Shown here: positions 61,351-64,000 of the stretch, piece by piece
Position numbering within the stretch: position 1 is the stretch's first letter
How the letters are laid out: every line of letters starts with the position of its first letter
Assembly (NCBI RefSeq): GCF_006345805.1
Contig: NC_042999.1
Coordinates: forward strand, 150,970,001-151,034,000
Direction: 5' to 3'
DNA from: Octopus sinensis
Lineage: Eukaryota
DNA length: 64,000 nt
Translations under genes and position numbers: made by a program
Notes under the pieces: generated by a model
What the model was told of the DNA's origin: nothing
What the model saw: the letters and a program-made list of their open reading frames with translations, nothing else
Database searches by the model: none

Positions 61351-62120
61351 AGGGTGTTCTGGATGAATTTAACAGTTTACATAAAAGGGAAAGAAAACAA
61401 TATTCCCGGAAAAAATAAAACTATTTAAGAAACCTCAACTAGATTAAGGCTGGGAGATAACAGTTCACTCAAGATAGCCTCTTTCAGCTTCCATCACGGT
61501 CTCAAGTGGATCTGGGACTTGATGCATGCGTTTCTCACTGTGTCCTTGGGAGGATCTTTGAACAACCTCTTTGACCTTGGCCACTATCTCGGCCTTGGTG
61601 TTGCAAGGTTGGTGTCTTTCTCAACTGTGCCCCTCACATAATTATCCATGGGATTACAATCGGGGCAATTAGGAGGCCAGAAATTGTGTCTGGTGAAGTC
61701 TTAAAAATTCTTAGACAACCATTTTTCTCCGGAAGTATCGCAAAAAGCCGAATCCTACTGCCACATATGCTGCCTTCCAGCAGCACCCCTCTCTAGCCAG
61801 GAATTGACCAGACTTCAGCAGCTTCACGTAGCCATCTGAATCGAGCTGAAGGCCATGTTCAAAGGTGGTGTGAATTCCGGCGTGCCAACTCAGAATGCCA
61901 ACAGTGTCTTTTCCTGTTGGCGACGGCTTCGTAGTCAGTGTTGCAGCTGTCCATGACACGTTTTATAACATTCACAGAGCATTGAGTAGCAGTCATGACG
62001 TCATCATTTTGATACCCGGCACGAATCATCGTTATACAAGTAACTCTTTTCCAATATTCAGTTTTCCATGTCACCTAACTTTTTCTCATACTGTTGACTA
62101 TTCAGCAATGCCTCAATATA
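61351..62120 (-). mobile_element. Decayed Tc1/maT-like transposase relic
   Basis: Minus strand encodes W-Q-stop-D-S-A and FWPPNCPDCNPMD (QQDxAP and WPPxSPDLNPxD motifs); cagggtg terminus at 61350. Confidence 0.75.
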
Positions 62121-62722
62121 TACACACACGTACGTGGAAACACATGGCCTAGTGGTGAGAGCAGTGAACTCACGGGCGAGCGATTGCGGGTTCGAATCTC
62201 AGACCGGGCGATGTGTGTGTTTATGAGCGAAACACCCAAGCTCCACGCGGCTCCGGCAGAAGGTAATGGCGATCTTCTGCTGAGTCTTTCGCAACAACTT
62301 TCTCTCACTCTTTCCTCCTGCATCTTGCAGCTCACCTGTGTCTGACCGGTGTCCCGGTGGGGAACCTATACGCCAAGGAAACAGGGAAACCGGCCCTATG
62401 AGCCAGGCGTGGCTCGAGAAGGATCAAACAATAATAACACGCACACACATATATACACACATACACATGGAAGGTTTTTATAAGCCATTTAAAAAACACA
62501 CGAAAACCGTTAGATTCACTTCAGCATTTAAATTTAATTTGTCAAAATATTTTCGCTTTGTTACCTGACAAAATTCCGTGGTGCACGCAATTTAAATGTT
62601 GAAGTGAATCAAACGATTTTTTGTGTGTGTTTTAAATGGCTTATAAACATCTTCCACTCTGCAATTGATTTTGTTTCAGCACACGATCTCAGATCAAGTC
62701 ACTTGCTATGCAAGTACATCTG

Positions 62723-62760
<38 letters not shown>

Positions 62761-62824
62761 CCAAACATACTTATATACACGCTTATATATATGAACATAT
62801 GTGTGTGTGTGTAAAATATATACG

Positions 62825-63530
62825 TACGAGTTTCGGCTGAAAAGCTCATAGGCAGAGCAAGATAATCTCATGAAATCTAACCAAAAGTTTTACTTTTCAA
62901 CAGTTCCCTTGTGGTCCCCACACCTCTTCCGCCGGTAATGCAGTGTTTGGATCCCATTGGTGAAGAAGCTTTCATCCTGTTGGTCAAAAAAGTCATCAAC
63001 AGTAGATATGACGTCATCATCACTGCAAAACTGGTTCCCAGCCAAGCGTTTTTTTTTTCTCATGTTGGAGAAGAGTTGATAGTCAATTGGAGCCAAATTA
63101 GGAAAATAAAAATGGTGATCAACTAGTTCAAAGCCACAGTCACGCACAGCAGCCATTGAAACCAAGGACTTGTATGTTTAGAGCATTGTCCTAATGAAAC
63201 AAAAACCCTTTCGTCAGTTTTCCTGACCGTTTGGTCTTGGTGACCTTTTGTAACTGCCTCACCATATTTGCATAGTACTCCGTTAATTGATTTCCTATTT
63301 GCTTGACACGTTCACTCAACATTCAATATTGGTATTTCCAACTCTCATTGCAAATGGCTTCTTCAGTAGATCAACCACCTATTACCTTTCACCATTTAGT
63401 AATCACGATCAATGTTTTCCCCAGTTGTGGTAGTTGCAGGATGTCCAGACCTTGGGTCATCTTCAAGACTCTTCCTTCCCCTCCTTCATTCAGCTGCGCA
63501 CGTTTGCATTATTGATAAAGATGGAGCGTC
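62825..63530 (-). mobile_element. Decayed mariner element (3' TIR, transposase C-terminus and an EDDPRSG remnant)
   Basis: tacgagtttcggctgaaaagctcataggc terminus; GFELVDH..YFPNLAPIDYQLF (YSPDLAPSD-like), F.SDDDV, FF.NGI. Confidence 0.85.
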
Positions 63531-64000
63531 ATCCCCTAATCTTTTCTACTCTAGGCACAAGGCCCGAAATTTTGCGGGAGGGGACCAGTCGATTAGATCT
63601 AACCCAGTATGCAACTGGTACTTAATTTATCGATTCCGAAAGGATAAAAGGTAAAGTCAACCTCGGCAGTATTTGAACTCAGGACGTAAAGACAGACGAA
63701 ATATCCCTAAGCATTTCGCCCGGCGTGCCAACGTTTCTGCCAGCTCTCCTAATATAGATACCATGTCTATAGAAATGTTCTTGGGAGGTAAAGACTTTTC
63801 TGTTGGTACTAGATAACACCACGATGCCAAATTTTGTCTATTTTCAAGAGAAGTCGCTACTAGTTATTTTAAAAGTCAAATGTCAGCTTATCTGGAAAGA
63901 AAGAATGCAGTTGTTAATGAGATGGGTTGATGCTAGATTTCACAGCTCTAGCATCACTCCTTCATAGTTAGACTATGTTGTTTTCAATTCGCCGTCGTAT

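Overview
AT-rich, repeat-dense eukaryotic genomic DNA. The SINE families and (TA)n/(CA)n load look like an Octopus (coleoid cephalopod) genome; this is inferred from remembered repeat sequences, not from a search. One spliced protein-coding gene can be assembled by hand on the + strand: nine GT-AG exons from 23198 to 51503 encoding a 405-aa ceramide glucosyltransferase (UGCG/GT21) homolog. Its frame is intact, but the residues matching mammalian K124, D144 (D2 motif) and H193 are replaced by L, T and V. The rest is mobile DNA: a near-complete CR1-type LINE ORF2 (10906-14072) nested in a SINE, four SINE-like families, hAT-, piggyBac- and Tc2/pogo-type MITEs, mariner/Tc1 relics, a 78-bp trinucleotide-built minisatellite and many microsatellites. 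The most striking non-coding signal is an apparently intact minimal type I hammerhead ribozyme (32783-32857, - strand) in a ~320-bp element inserted in a (TA)n tract, with two decayed relatives nearby, all antisense to the gene. Also seen: several long fold-back hairpins, a ~270-bp inverted templated duplication in intron 7, a candidate poison microexon and a duplicated splice donor. Almost all short ORFs in the supplied track are microsatellite or SINE artefacts. Repeat boundaries are approximate.
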